Assembly (NCBI RefSeq): GCF_009914755.1
Contig: NC_060940.1
Length of the DNA stretch: 64,000 nucleotides
Source of the DNA: the human T2T-CHM13v2.0 reference genome, Homo sapiens
Direction: 5' to 3' (one strand)
Both the position numbers and the translations under genes were made by a program. Of this stretch, positions 30,301-46,000 are shown piece after piece (position 1 is the stretch's first letter; each line of letters begins with the position of its first letter). The notes beneath the pieces are model-generated. The model searched no databases. It saw nothing but the letters and a program-made list of their open reading frames with translations, and was not told where the DNA came from.

Positions 30301-33300
30301 GTCCATTTAATCATTACAGTCGAGTCCATTTGGTGATTCCACTGGATTTCTTTTGATAATGATAACATTCAATTACATTTGATGATGATCCCATTCAATT
30401 TCATTTGATGATGATTCCATTAGAGTCCATTCGATGATATCATTCGAGTCCCTTTATTGATTCCATCCGATTTCATTGGATGATGACTCCATTCGAGTCC
30501 ATTCGATGATTCCTCTCGATTCCATTAGATGATTCCATTGGAGTCCATTTGATTGTTCCATTCGATTCCATTCGATTCCTTTCGAAGATTATTCCATTTG
30601 AGTCCATTCGATGATGATTCCATTCCATTCCATTCGATGATTCCGTTTGATTCCATTCGATGATTCCCTTCGATTCCTTTCTTTGATGATTCCATTCCAT
30701 TCCATTCAATGATTCCATTCGAATCTATTCCATGATGATTCCTTTCGATTCCATTCGCTGATGTTTCCGTTCAATTCCTTCGATGATGATTCCATTCGAT
30801 TCCATTCATTGAGGATTCCATTTGATTCCATTCAATGATGATTCCGTTCTATTCCATTCAATGATTGCATTCAATTCCATTCAATGATTATCCCCTTAGA
30901 GTAAACTCAACGATTCCATTCAATACCATTAGATGATGATTCCTTTTGAGTCCATTCAATGATTTCATTCAAGTCCATTTAATGATTCCTTTCAATTTCT
31001 TTCTATGATGATTCCATTCGAGTCCATTCGATGATTCCATTCGATTGCATTCGATGATTCCATTATATTCCAGTCAACGATGATTCCATTCGAGTCCATT
31101 CGATGATTCCATTAGAGTATATTTAATGATTGCTTTGTTTTCAATTCGAAGATGATTACATTGGATTCCATTCTATGATACCATTCGATTCCATTCAATG
31201 ATGATTCCACTAAAATCCATTGGATGATTCCATTCGTGTCCATTCGGTGATTTCATTAGATTCCATTCGAGGATGATTCCATTCGATTCCATTCGATGAT
31301 TCCATTCAATTCCATTCGATGATGATTCCATTCCAGTCCATATGATCACTCCATTTGATTTCATTCGATGATGATTCCATTCGATTCCATTCGATGATTC
31401 CATTCTATTCCATTCGATGATGATTCCATTCGAGTCCATTCGATGATTCCATTCGAGTCCATTTAATGATTCCATTGGGTTCAATTCAATGATGTTTACA
31501 TTGGATTCCGTTCTATGATTCCATTCAATTCCGTTCATTGACAATTTGATTCCATTCGATGATGATTCCATTTGAGTTCATACGATGATTCTATTCGATT
31601 CTCTTCGATGGTGATTCAATTCTATTATATTGGATGATTCCATTCGATTCCATTTGATGTTGATTCAATTCGATTCTATTCGATGATGATTCCATTGGAT
31701 TTCACTTGATGATTCTATTCGATTCCATTCAATGATGATTCACTTCTCGTCCATTGGATGATTGCATTTCATTCCATTCGATGATGATTCCATTCGATTC
31801 CATTCGATGATTCCATTTGATTCCATGCGACGGTGAGCAATTCGATTCAATTCCATGATGATTCTATTTGATTCAATTAGATGATGTTTCCATTCGAATC
31901 CATTCCATGATTATTCCATTGGAATCCATTTGGCGATGATTCCATATGAGTCAATTCAATGATGATTCCATATGGGTCCGTTCGATGATAATTCCATTTG
32001 ATTTCATTCGATGCTTCTATTCAATTCCAGTTGATGATGTTTCCGTTGGAGTCCATACGATGATTCCATTTGATTTCATTTGATGATGATTCCATTCGAT
32101 GATGATTACATTGGATTCCATTCTATGATTCCATTCAATTCCATTCGTTGATGATTCGATTCCATTCAATGATGATTCCATTTGAGTTCATTCGATGATT
32201 CTATTCGATTCCGTTCGATGGTGATTCAATTCTATTATATTGGATGATTCCACTCGATTCCATTTGATGATTATTCCATTGGAGTCCACTTAGTGAATCC
32301 TTTAGATTCTACTCGAAGATGATTCCATTCGAGTCCATTCGATGATACCATTCAATTCCATTCGTTGATGCTTCCATTCAAGTGCATTCGATGATATCAT
32401 TCGATTCCATTTGATGATAATTCCATTTGATTCCATGCGATGATTCTATTCGATTCCATTCAATGATAATTCCATTCAATTCAGTGATTCCTCTGGACTC
32501 CATTTGATGATGATTCCACTCAATGATTCCATTCGATTCTATTCCAAAATGATTCCATTTGAATCCATTTGATGATGATTCCATTAGATTCCATTTGATG
32601 ATTCAATTCGATTCCATTCAACGATGATTCCATTTGATTCCATTTGATGATTCCATTCTATTCTATTCGATGATGATTCCATTCGATTCCATTCGATGAT
32701 GATTGGATTCGATTCCATTTGATGATTTCATTTGATTCCATTCGTTAATGATTTCGATCAATTCCATTCGATGATTCCATTCGATTCCATTCGATAATGA
32801 CTATATCCGAGTCCATCGATGATTCCATTTGAGCCTGTTCGATAATTCCATTTGAGTCCAACCAATGATTCCATTCATTTCCATTCAATGATTCCATTCG
32901 AGTCCATTTGATCATTCCGGTAGGGTCCATTCGATGTTGATTCCATTGGAGTGCATTCGATGATTCCATTCGAGTCCATTTTATGATTTGTTTCGAGTCC
33001 TTTCGATGATTCCATTCGATTCCACTCGATGATGATTTCATTCGAGTCCATTCGACACTTCCAATCGATTCCATTTGATGTTTCCATTCGAGTCCAATTG
33101 ATGATTCCATTCAATTCCATTCGATGATGATTCTGTACGATTCCATTCTGTGATGATTCCATGTGATTGCATTCAATGATGATTCCTTTCGATTGCATTC
33201 GATTATGATTCATTTCGTGTTCATTCTATGGTTCCACAGGTTTCCATTCGATGACGTTTCCGTTCGTGTCCATTCCATTATTCCATTCTATTTCATTTGA

Positions 33301-33750
33301 TGATGATTCCATTCGATTCCATTCATTGGTGATTCCACTCAATTCCATTCAATGATTCCATTCCATTTCTTTCAACAATGATTCCATTAGTTTCTATTCG
33401 ATGATCCACTTGATTCCATTTGGCGATGATTCCATTCGTGTCCATTCGATGATTCCATTTGATTCCATATGATGATGATTCCATTCGATTCCATACCATG
33501 ATGATTCCATTCGAGTCCATTCAATGGTGATTCCATTCAATTCCATTCGATGATTCCTTCCGATTCCATTCGATGATGATGGCATTCGATTCCTTTCAAT
33601 CATTCCCTTTGATTCCATTCAAAGGTGATTTCATTCAAGTCCATTCGATAATTGCATTCGATTCCATTCTATGATGATTCCATTCGAGTCCATTTGATGA
33701 TTCCATTCAATTCAAGTCAATGATGATTCCATTCGATTTCACTCGATGAT
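15390..33750 (+). repeat. Three tandem complete ~6.1-kb nested units
   Basis: A landmarks at 15663, 21751, 27829 and 33957 (spacings 6088, 6078, 6128). E at 18986, 25064 and 31173. All modules are colinear. Confidence 0.93.
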
Positions 33751-36700
33751 TCCATTGGATTCCATTCGATGATGATTCCATTCAAATCCATTCGATAATT
33801 CAATTCAAGTCCATTCGATGATGATTCCAATCGAATCCATTCAAAGATTCCATTCAATTCCATTCGATGATGATTCCCTTAGATTCCATTCGATGATTCC
33901 ACTTGATTCCATTTACGATGATTGCATTCGATTCCATGTGATGAATCCATTCAATTCTATTCAATGATGTTTCCATTTGATTCCATTGGACCATGATTGC
34001 CTTTGATTCCATTCAATGATTCCATTCGGTTCCATTTGATGATGATTCCGTTCGATTCCATTTCATTATTCCATTTGATTACATTGGATGAGTCCATTCG
34101 ATTACATTCGATGATTATTCCATTCGAGTGCATTAGATGATTGCATTCGAGTCCATTCGATGATTCCATTCGATTCTATTCGATGTTGATTCTGTTCAAA
34201 TCCATTCGATGATTCCACTCGATTCCATTCGATGACTCCATTTGATCCCATTCGATGATTTCCTGTGATTCCCTTTGATGATCATTCTATTTGATTCAAT
34301 TCGGTGATTTCATTTCATTCCATTCAGTGATGTTTCCATTCGACTGTATTCGATGATGATTCCATTCGACTCCATTCGATTATGATTTCATTCAATTCCA
34401 TTCAATAATGATTCCCTTCGAGTCCATTCGATGATTCCATTCGATTCCATTCAACGATGATTTGATTCGTTTCCATTCGATGATTCCATTGGATTCCATT
34501 CGATGATGATTCCATTCAAATCCATTCGATAATTCAATTCAAGTCCATTCGATGATGATTCCAATCGAATCCATTCAAAGATTCCATTCAGTTCCATTCG
34601 ATGATTCCCTTAGATTCCATTCGATGATTCCACTTGATTCCATTTACGATGATTCCATTCGATTCCATGTGATGATTCCATTCAATTCTATTCAATGATG
34701 TTTCCATTTGATTCCATTCGACCATGATTGCCTTTGATTCCATTCAATGATTCCATTCGGTTCCTTTTGATGATGATTCCGTTCGATTCCATTTGATGAT
34801 TCCATTTGATTCCATTGGATGAGTCCATTCGATTACATTCGATGATTATTCCATTCGAGTGCATTAGATGATTCCATTCGAGTCCATTCGATGATTCCAT
34901 TCGATTCCATTCGATGTTGATTCTGTTAAAATCCATTCGATGATTCCACTCGATTCCATTCGATGACTCCATTTGATCCCATTCGATGATTTCCTTTGAT
35001 TCCCTTTGATGATCATTCCATTTGATTCAATTCGGTGATTTCATTTGATTCCATTCAGTGACGTTTCCATTCGACTCCATTCGATGATGATTCCATTCGA
35101 CTCCATTCGATTATGATTTCATTCAATTCCATTCGATAATGATTCCCTTCAAGTCCATTCGATGATTCCATTCGATTCCATTCAACGATGATTTGATTCG
35201 TGTCCATTCGATGATTCCATTTGATTCCACTTGATGATGATTCCATTCGAGTCCATTTGATGATTCCATTCAATTCCATTCTCCGATGATTTCTTTTGAG
35301 CCCATTCAATGCTTCCACTCGATTCCATATGATGATGACTCCATTCGATGAAATTCGATGATGATTCCATTCGCTTGCGTTCGATGATGATTCCACTTGA
35401 GTCCGTTAGAAGATTCTATTCAATTACATTCCATGACGATTCCGTTCGAGTCCATTTGATGATTCCATTAGACTCCATTCGACGATGATTCCATTCGATG
35501 TTATTCGATGATTCCATTCGATCTCATTCGATGATGATTCCATTCAACTCCATTCGATGTTTCCATTCGAGTTCATTCTATTATTCCATTAGATTCCATT
35601 TGATGATGATTCCATTCGATTCCATTTGATGATTGCATTCTATTTCATTTGATGATGATTCCATTCGAGTCCACTCGATGATTCCATTCGAGTCCATTTA
35701 ATGAATCCATTGGTTTCAATTCTATGATGATTACATTGGATTCCATTCGTTGATGATTTCATTCGGTTCCATTCAATGATGATTCCATTCAATTCCTTTC
35801 AATGTTTCCATTCAATTCCATACGATGATGATTCCATTTGATTTGATTCGACAGTGAGCCATTCGATTCAATTCCATGATGATTCTATTTTATTCAATTG
35901 GTTGACATTTCCATTCGATTCCATTCGATGATGATTCCCTTTGATTCCATTCAAAGATGATTCCATTCTAGCCCATTCAATCATTCCATTCGATTCTATT
36001 CAATGATAATTCCATTCATGTCGATTTGGTGATTCCATTTGACTTCATTTGATGATGATTCCTTTCAAGTTCATTAGATGATTCCATTCGATTCCATTTG
36101 ATGATGATCCCATTCGAGTCCATTTGATGATTCCATTCGTTTCCATTCCATGATGATTCCATTCCATTCCATTCAATGATTCCATTCGATTCCGTTTGGT
36201 GATGATTTCATTCGAGTCCATTTGATGATTCCATTTGATTCCATTCGATGATGATTCCATTCGAGTCCATTCGATGATTCTATTCGAATCCATTTGATGA
36301 TTTCTTTTGATTATAGTTGGTGATGATTCCATTGGAGTCCATTCAATGATTCCATTCGATTCCAATCGATGGTGATTCCATTAGAGTCCATTTAATGATT
36401 CCATTTGATTCCAGTCTCTGATGATTACATTCGAGTCCATACGATGATTCCACTCAATTCCATATGATGATGATTCCATTCGATTCCATTCGATGATTCC
36501 ATTCTATTCTAATCGATGATGATTCCATTTGATTCCATTCGATGATGATTGGATTCGATTCCATTTGATGATTTCATTTCATTCCATTCGTTAATGATTT
36601 CGTTCAACTCCATTCGATGATTCCATTTGATTCCATTCGATAATGATTACATCCGAGTCCATTCGATGATTCCATTTGAGCCCGTTCGATAATTCCATTT

Positions 36701-37090
36701 GAGTCCAATCAATGATTCCATTCATTTCCATTCAATGATTCCATTCGAGTCCATTTGATCATTCTGGTAGGGTCCGTTCGATGTTGATTCCATTGGAGTG
36801 CATTCGATGATTCCATTCGAGTCCATTTTATGATTTGATTCGAGTCCTTTCGATGATTCCATTCGATTCCACTCGATGATGATTTCATTCGAGTCCATTC
36901 GACACTTCCAATCGATTCCATTTGATGTTTCCATTCGAGTCCAATTGATGATTCAATTCCATTCGATGATGATTCCGTACGATTCCATTCTGTGATGATT
37001 CCATGTGATTGCATTCAATGATGATTCCTTTCGATTGCATTCGATTGTGATTCATTTTGTGTTCATTCTATGGTTCCACAGGTTTCCATT
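33750..37090 (+). repeat. Second copy of the A' + A-B-C-G block (731-bp duplication and ~3.0-kb deletion)
   Basis: A' 33957 to A 34688 is 731 bp. C 36045 to G 36709 has the same spacing (664) as 9424 to 10088. The same junction sequences occur at about 34452 and about 36504. Confidence 0.88.
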
Positions 37091-40000
37091 CGTGTCCATT
37101 CCATTATTCCATTCTATTCCATTTCATGATGATTCCATTCGATTCCATTCATTGGTGATTCCACTCAATTCCATTCAATGATTCCATTCCATTTCTTTCA
37201 ACAATGATTCCATTAGTTTCTAATCGATGATCCACTTGATTCCATTTGATGACGATTCCATTCTTGTCCATTCGATGATTCCATTTGATTCCATATGATG
37301 ATGATTCCATTCGATTCCATACGATGATGATTCCATTCGAGTCCATTCAATGGTGATTCCATTCAATTCCATTCGATGATTCCTTTTGATTCCATTCGAT
37401 GATGATGGCATTCGATTCCTTTCAATCATTCCCTTTGATTCCATTCAAAGGTGATTTCATTCAAGTCCATTCGATAATTGCATTCGATTCCATTCTATGA
37501 TGATTCCATTCGAGTCCATTTGATGATTCCATTCAATTCAAGTCAATGATGATTCCATTCGATTCCATTCGATGATTCCATTGGATTCCATTCGATGATG
37601 ATTCCATTCAAATCCATTCGATAATTCAATTCAAGTCCATTCGATGATGATTCCAATCGAATCCATTCAAAGATTCCATTCAGTTCCATTCGATGATTCC
37701 CTTAGATTCCATTCGATGATTCCACTTGTTTCCATTTATGATGATTCCATTCGATTCCATGTGATGATTCCATTCAATTCTATTCAATGATGTCTCCATT
37801 TGATTCCATTCGACAATGATTGCCTTTGCTTCCATTCAATGTTTCCATTCGGTTCCTTTTGATGATAATTCCGTTCGAATCCATTTGATGATTCCATTTG
37901 ATTCCATTGGATGAGTCCATTCGATTACATTCGATGATTATTCCATTCGAGTGCATTAGATGATTCCATTCGAGTCCATTCGATGATTCCATTCGATTCC
38001 ATTCGATGTTGATTCTGTTCAAGTCCATTCGATGATTCCACTGGATTCCATTCGAGGACTCCAGTTGATCCCATTTGATGATTTCCTTTGATTCCCTTTG
38101 ATGATCATTCCATTTGATACAATTCGGTGATTTCATTTGATTCCATTCAGGGATGTTTCCATTCAACTCCATTCGATGATGATTCCATTCGACTCCATTC
38201 GATTATGATTTCATTCAATTCCATTCGATAATGATTCCCTTCGAGTCCATTCGATGATTCCATTCGATTCCATTCAACGATGATTTGATTCGTGTCCGTT
38301 CGATGATTCCATTTGATTTCACTTGATGATGATTCCATTCGAGTCCATTTGATGATTCCATTCAATTCCATTCTCCGATGATTTCTTTTGAGCCCACTCA
38401 ATGCTTCCACTCGATTCCATATGATGATGACTCCATTCGATGAAATTCGATGATGATTCCATTCGCTTGCTTTCGATGATGATTCCACTTGAGTCCGTTA
38501 GAAGATTCTATTCAATTACATTCCATGACGATTCCGTTCGAGTCCATTTGATGATTCCATTAGACTCCATTCGACGATGATTCCATTCGATGTTATTCGA
38601 TGATTCCATTCGATCTCATTCGATGATGATTCCATTCAACTCCATTCGATGTTTCCATTCGAGTTCATTCTATTATTCCATTAGATTCCATTCGATGATG
38701 ATTCCATTCGATTCCGTTTGATGATTGCATTCTATTTCATTTGATGATGATTCCATTCGAGTCCACTCAATGATTCCATTCGAGTCCATTTAATGAATCC
38801 ATTGGTTTCAATTCTATGATGATTACATTGGATTCCATTCGTTGATGATTTCATTCGGTTCCATTCAATGATGATTCCATTCAATTCCTTTCAATGTTTC
38901 CATTCAATTCCATACGATGATGATTCCATTTGATTTGATTCGACAGTGAGCCATTCGATTCAATTCCATGATGATTCTATTTTATTCAATTGGTTGACAT
39001 TTCCATTCGATTCCATTCGATGATGATTCCCTTTGATTCCATTCAAAGATGATTCCATTCTAGCCCATTCAATCATTCCATTCGATTCTATTCAATGATG
39101 ATTCCATTCATGTCGATTTGGTGATTCCATTTGACTTCATTTGATGATGATTCCTTTCAAGTTCATTAGATGATTCCATTCGATTCCATTTGATGATGAT
39201 TCCATTCCATTCCATTCAATGATTCCATTCGATTCCGTTTGATGATGATTTCATTCGAGTCCATTTGATGATTCCATTTGATTCCATTCGATGATGATTC
39301 CATTCGAGTCCATTCGATGATTCTATTCGAATCCATTTGATGATTACTTTTGATTATATTTGGTGATGATTCCATTGGAGTCCATTCAATGATTCCATTC
39401 GATTCCAATCGATGATGATTCCATTAGAGTCCATTTAATGATTCCATTTGATTCCAGTCTCTGATGATTACATTCGAGTCCATACGATGATTCCACTCAA
39501 TTCCATATGATGATGATTCCATTCGATTCCATTCGATGATTCCATTCTATTCTATTCAATGGTGATTCCATTCGAGTACATTAGATGATTCCATTCGATT
39601 CCATTCAATGATGATTCTATTTGTGTCCCTTAGATGGTTCCACATGATTCCATTACATGATGATACTATTTGAGCCCATCCAATGATTCCCTTCGATTCC
39701 ATTCGATGAGGATTCCATTCGATTCAATTCATTGGTGATTCTATTCAATTCAATTCTTTGATTCCATTCCATTCCATTCGACAATGATTCCATTCGATTT
39801 CTTTCGATGATTCCACTCGATTCCACTTGACATTGATTCCATTCGATTCCATTCAATGATTCCGTTTGATTCCAGTGGATGATGATTGCCATCGATTCCA
39901 TTCGATCACTCCATTCTATTCCATTTGATGATGATTACATTCGATTCCATTTGATGATTCCATCTGATTCTATTCGAGGATTCCATTTGATTCCATTCGA

Positions 40001-43000
40001 TGATGATTCCATTCGAGTCCATTCGATGATTTCATTCGAGTACATCCAATGATTCCATTCGAGTCCATTTGATGATTCCATTTGATTCCATTTGATTATG
40101 ATTCTACTAGAGTCCATTCAATGACTCCATTCGAATCCATTCATCAATTCCATTCGAGTCCATTCGATGATTCCATTTCATGATTCCATTCGAGTCCATT
40201 TAATCATTACAGTCAAGTCCGTTTGGTGATTCCACTGGATTTCTTTTGATAATGATACCATTCAATTACATTTGATGATGATCCCATTCAATTTCATTTG
40301 ATGATGATTCCATTAGAGTCCATTCGATGATTTCATTCGAGTCCCTTCATTGATTCCATCCGATTTCATTTGATGATGACTCCATTCGAGTTCATTCGAT
40401 GATTCCACTCGATTCCATTAGATGATTCCATTGGAGTCCATTTCATTGTTCCATTCGATTCCATTCGATTCCTTTCGAAGATTATTCCATTTGAGTCCAT
40501 TCGATGATGATTCCATTCCATTCCATTCGATGATTCCGTTTGATTCCATTCGATGATTCCCTTCGATTCCTTTCTTTGATGATTCCATTCCATTCCATTC
40601 AATGATTCCATTCGAATCTATTCCATGATGATTCCTTGCGATTCCATTCGCTGATGTTTCCGTTCAATTCCATTCGATGATGATTCCATTCGATTCCATT
40701 CATTGAGGATTCCATTTGATTCCATTCAATGATGATTCCGTTCTATTCCATTCAATGATTGCATTCAATTCCATTCAATGATTATCCCCTTAGAGTAAAC
40801 TCAATGATTCCATTCAATACCATTCGATGATGATTCCTTTTGAGTCCATTCAATGATTTCATTCAAGTCCATTTGATGATTCCTTTCAATTCCATTCTAT
40901 GATGATTCCATTCGAGTCCATTCAATGATTCCATTCAATTGCATTCGATGATTCCATTATATTCCAGTCAACGATGATTCCATTCGAGTCCATTCGATGA
41001 TTCCATTAGAGTACATTTAATGATTGCTTTGTTTTCAATTCGAAGATGATTACATTGGATTCCATTCTATGATACCATTCGATTCCATTCAATGATGATT
41101 CCACTCAAATCCATTGGATGATTCCATTCGTGTCCGTTCGGTGATTTCATTACATTCCATTCGAGGATGATTCCATTCGATTCCATTCGATGATTCCATT
41201 CAATTCCATTCGATGATGATTCCATTCCAGTCCATATGATCATTCCATTTGATTTCATTCGATGATGATTCCATTCGATTCCATTCGATGATTCCATTCT
41301 ATTCCATTCGATGATGATTCCATTCGAGTCCATTCGATGATTCCATTCGAGTCCATTTAATGATTCCATTGGGTTCAATTCAATGATGATTACATTGGAT
41401 TCCGTTCTATGATTCCATTCAATTCCGTTCATTGACAATTTGATTCCATTCGATGATGATTCCATTTGAGTTCATTCGATGATTCTATTCGATTCTCTTC
41501 GATGGTGATTCAATTCTATTATATTGGATGATTCCATTCGATTCCATTTGATGTTGATTCAATTCGATTCTATTCGATGATGATTCCATTGGATTTCACT
41601 TGATGATTCTATTCGATTCCATTCAATGATGATTCACTTCTCGTCCATTGGATGATTCCATTTCATTCCATTCGATGATGATTCCATTCGATTCCTTTCG
41701 ATGATTCCATTTGATTCCATGCGACGGTGAGCAATTCGATTCAATTCCATGATGATTCTATTTGATTCAATTAGATGATGTTTCCATTCGAATCCATTCC
41801 ATGATTATTCCATTGGAATCCATTCGGCGATGATTCCATATGAGTCAATTCAATGATGATTCCATATGGGTCCGTTCGATGATAATTCCATTTGATTTCA
41901 TTCGATGCTTCTATTCAATTCCAGTCGATGATGATTCCGTTGGAGTCCATACGATGATTCCATTTGATTTCATTTGATGATGATTCCATTCGATGATGAT
42001 TACATTGGATTCCATTCTATGATTCCATTCAATTCCATTCGTTGATGATTCGATTCCATTCAATGATGATTCCATTTGAGTTCATTCGATGATTCTATTC
42101 GATTCCGTTCGATGGTGATTCAATTCTATTATATTGGATGATTCCACTCGATTCCATTTGATGATTATTCCATTGGAGTCCACTTAGTGAATCCTTTAGA
42201 CTCTACTCGAAGATGATTCCATTCGAGTCCATTCGATGATACCATTCAATTCCATTCGTTGATGCTTCCATTCAAGTGCATTCGATGATATCATTCGATT
42301 CCATTTGATGATAATTCCATTTGATTCCATGCGATGATTCTATTCGATTCCATTCAATGATAATTCCATTCAATTCAGTGATTCCTCTGGACTCCATTTG
42401 ATGATGATTCCATTCAATGATTCCGTTCGATTCTATTCCAAAATGATTCCATTTGAATCCATTTGATGATGATTCCATTAGATTCCATTTGATGATTCCA
42501 TTCGATTCCATTTGACGATGATTCCATTCGATTCCATTTGCTGATTCCATTCTATTCTATTCGATGACGATTCCATTCGATTCCATTCGATGATGATTGG
42601 ATTCGATTCCATTTGATGATATCATTTGATTCCATTCGTTAATGATTTTGATCAACTCCATTCGATGATTCCATTTAATTCCATTCGATAATGATTACAT
42701 CCGAGTCCATTCAATGATTCCATTTGAGCCCGTTCGATAATTCCATTTGAGTCCAATCAATGATTCCATTCATTTCCATTCAATGATTCCATTCGAATCT
42801 ATTCCATGATGATTCCTTGCGATTCCATTCGCTGATGTTTCCGTTCAATTACATTCGATGATGATTCCATTCGATTCCATTCATTGAGGATTCCATTTGA
42901 TTCCATTAAATGATGATTCCGTTCTATTCCATTCAATGATTGCATTCAATTCCATTCAATGATTATCCCCTTAGGGTAAACTCATTGATTCCATTCAATA

Positions 43001-46000
43001 CCATTCGATGATGATTCCTTTTGAGTCCATTCAATGATTTCATTCAAGTCCATTTGATGATTCCTTTCAATTCCATTCTATGATGATTCCATTCGAGTCC
43101 ATTCGATGATTCCATTCAATTGCATTCGATGATTCCATTATATTCCAGTCAACGATGATTCCATTCGAGTCCATTCGATGATTCCATTAGAGTACATTTA
43201 ATGATTGCTTTGTTTTCAATTCGAAGATGATTACATTGGATTCCATTCTATGATACCATTCGATTCCATTCAATGATGATTCCACTCAAATCCATTGGAT
43301 GATTCCATTCGTGTCCGTTCGGTGATTTCATTAGATTCCATTCGAGGATGATTCCATTCGATTCCATTCGATGATTCCATTCAATTCCATTCGATGATGA
43401 TTCCATTCCAGTCCATATGATCATTCCATTTGATTTCATTCGATGATGATTCCATTCGATTCCATTCGATGATTCCATTCTATTCCATTCGATGATGATT
43501 CCATTCGAGTCCATTCGATGATTCCATTCGAGTCCATTTAATGATTCCATTGGGTTCAATTCAATGATGATTACATTGGATTCCGTTCTATGATTCCATT
43601 CAATTCCGTTCATTGACAATTTGATTCCATTCGATGATGATTCCATTTGAGTTCATTCGATGATTCTATTCGATTCTCTTCGATGGTGATTCAATTCTAT
43701 TATATTGGATGATTCCATTCGATTCCATTTGATGTTGATTCAATTCGATTCTATTCGATGATGATTCCATTGGATTTCACTTGATGATTCTATTCGATTC
43801 CATTCAATGATGATTCACTTCTCGTCCATTGGATGATTCCATTTCATTCCATTCGATGATGATTCCATTCGATTCCTTTCGATGATTCTATTTGATTCCA
43901 TGCGACGGTGAGCAATTCGATTCAATTCCATGATGATTCTATTTGATTCAATTAGATGATGTTTCCATTCGAATCCATTCCATGATTATTCCATTGGAAT
44001 CCATTTGGCGATGATTCCATATGAGTCAATTCAATGATGATTCCATATGGGTCCGTTCGATGATAATTCCATTTGATTTCATTCGATGCTTCTATTCAAT
44101 TCCAGTCGATGATGATTCCGTTGGAGTCCATACGATGATTCCATTTGATTTCATTTGATGATGATTCCATTCGATGATGATTACATTGGATTCCATTCTA
44201 TGATTCCATTCAATTCCATTCGTTGATGATTCGATTCCATTCAATGATGATTCCATTTGAGTTCATTCGATGATTCTATTCGATTCCGTTCGATGGTGAT
44301 TCAATTCTATTATATTGGATGATTCCACTCGATTCCATTTGATGATTATTCCATTGGAGTCCACTTAGTGAATCCTTTAGATTCTACTCGAAGATGATTC
44401 CATTCGAGTCCATTCGATGATACCATTCAATTCCATTCGTTGATGCTTCCATTCAAGTGCATTCGATGATATCATTCGATTCCATTTGATGATAATTCCA
44501 TTTGATTCCATGCAATGATTCTATTCGATTCCATTCAATGATAATTCCATTCAATTCAGTGATTCCTCTGGACTCCATTTGATGATGATTCCATTCAATG
44601 ATTCCATTCGATTCTATTCGAAAATGATTCCATTTGAATCCATTTGATGATGATTCCATTAGATTCCATTTGATGATTCCATTCGATTCCATTTGATGAT
44701 GATTCCATTCGATTCCATTTGATGATTCCATTCTATTCTATTCGATGATGATTCCATTCGATTCCATTCGATGATGATTGGATTCGATTCCATTTGATGA
44801 TTTCATTTGATTCCATTCGTTAATGATTTCGATCAACTCCATTCGATGATTCCATTTAATTCCATTCAATAATGATTACATCCGAGTCCATTCGATGATT
44901 CCATTTGAGCCCGTTCGATAATTCCATTTGAGTCCAATCAATGATTCCATTCATTTCCATTCAATGATTCCATTCGAGTCCATTTGATCATTCCGGTAGG
45001 GTCCGTTCGATGTTGATTCCATTGGAGTGCATTCGATGATTCCATTCGAGTCCATTTTATGATTTGATTCGAGTCCTTTCGATGATTCCATTCGATTCCA
45101 CTCGATGATGATTTCATTCGAGTCCATTCGACACTTCCAATCGATTCCATTTGATGTTTCCATTCGAGTCCAATTGATGATTCCATTCAATTCCATTCGA
45201 TGATGATTCCGTACGATTCCATTCTGTGATGATTCCATGTGATTGCATTCAATGATGATTCCTTTCGATTGCATTCGATTATGATTCATTTCGTGTTCAT
45301 TCTATGGTTCCACAGGTTTCCATTCGATGACGTTTCCGTTCGTGTCCATTCCATTATTCCATTCTCTTTCATTTGATGATGATTCCATTCGATTCCATTC
45401 ATTGGTGATTCCACTCAATTCCATTCAATGATTCCATTCCATTTCTTTCAACAATGATTCCATTAGTTTCTATTCGATGATCCACTTGATTCCATTTGGC
45501 GATGATTCCATTCGTGTCCATTCGATGATTCCATTTGATTCCATATGATGATGATTCCATTCGATTCCATACGATGATGATTCCATTCGAGTCCATTCAA
45601 TGGTGATTCCATTCAATTCCATTCGATGATTCCTTCCGATTCCATTCGATGATGATGGCATTCGATTCCTTTCAATCATTCCCTTTGATTCCATTCAAAG
45701 GTGATTTCATTCAAGTCCATTCGATAATTGCATTCGATTCCATTCTATGATGATTCCATTCGAGTCCATTTGATGATTCCATTCAATTCAAGTCAATGAT
45801 GGTTTCATTCGATTCCACTCGATGATTCCATTGGATTCCATTCGATGATGATTCCATTCAAATCCATTCGATAATTCAATTCAAGTCCATTCGATGATGA
45901 TTCCAATCGAATCCATTCAAAGATTCCATTCCATTCCATTCGATGATGATTCCCTTAGATTCCATTCGATGATTCCACTTGATTCCATTTACGATGATTG

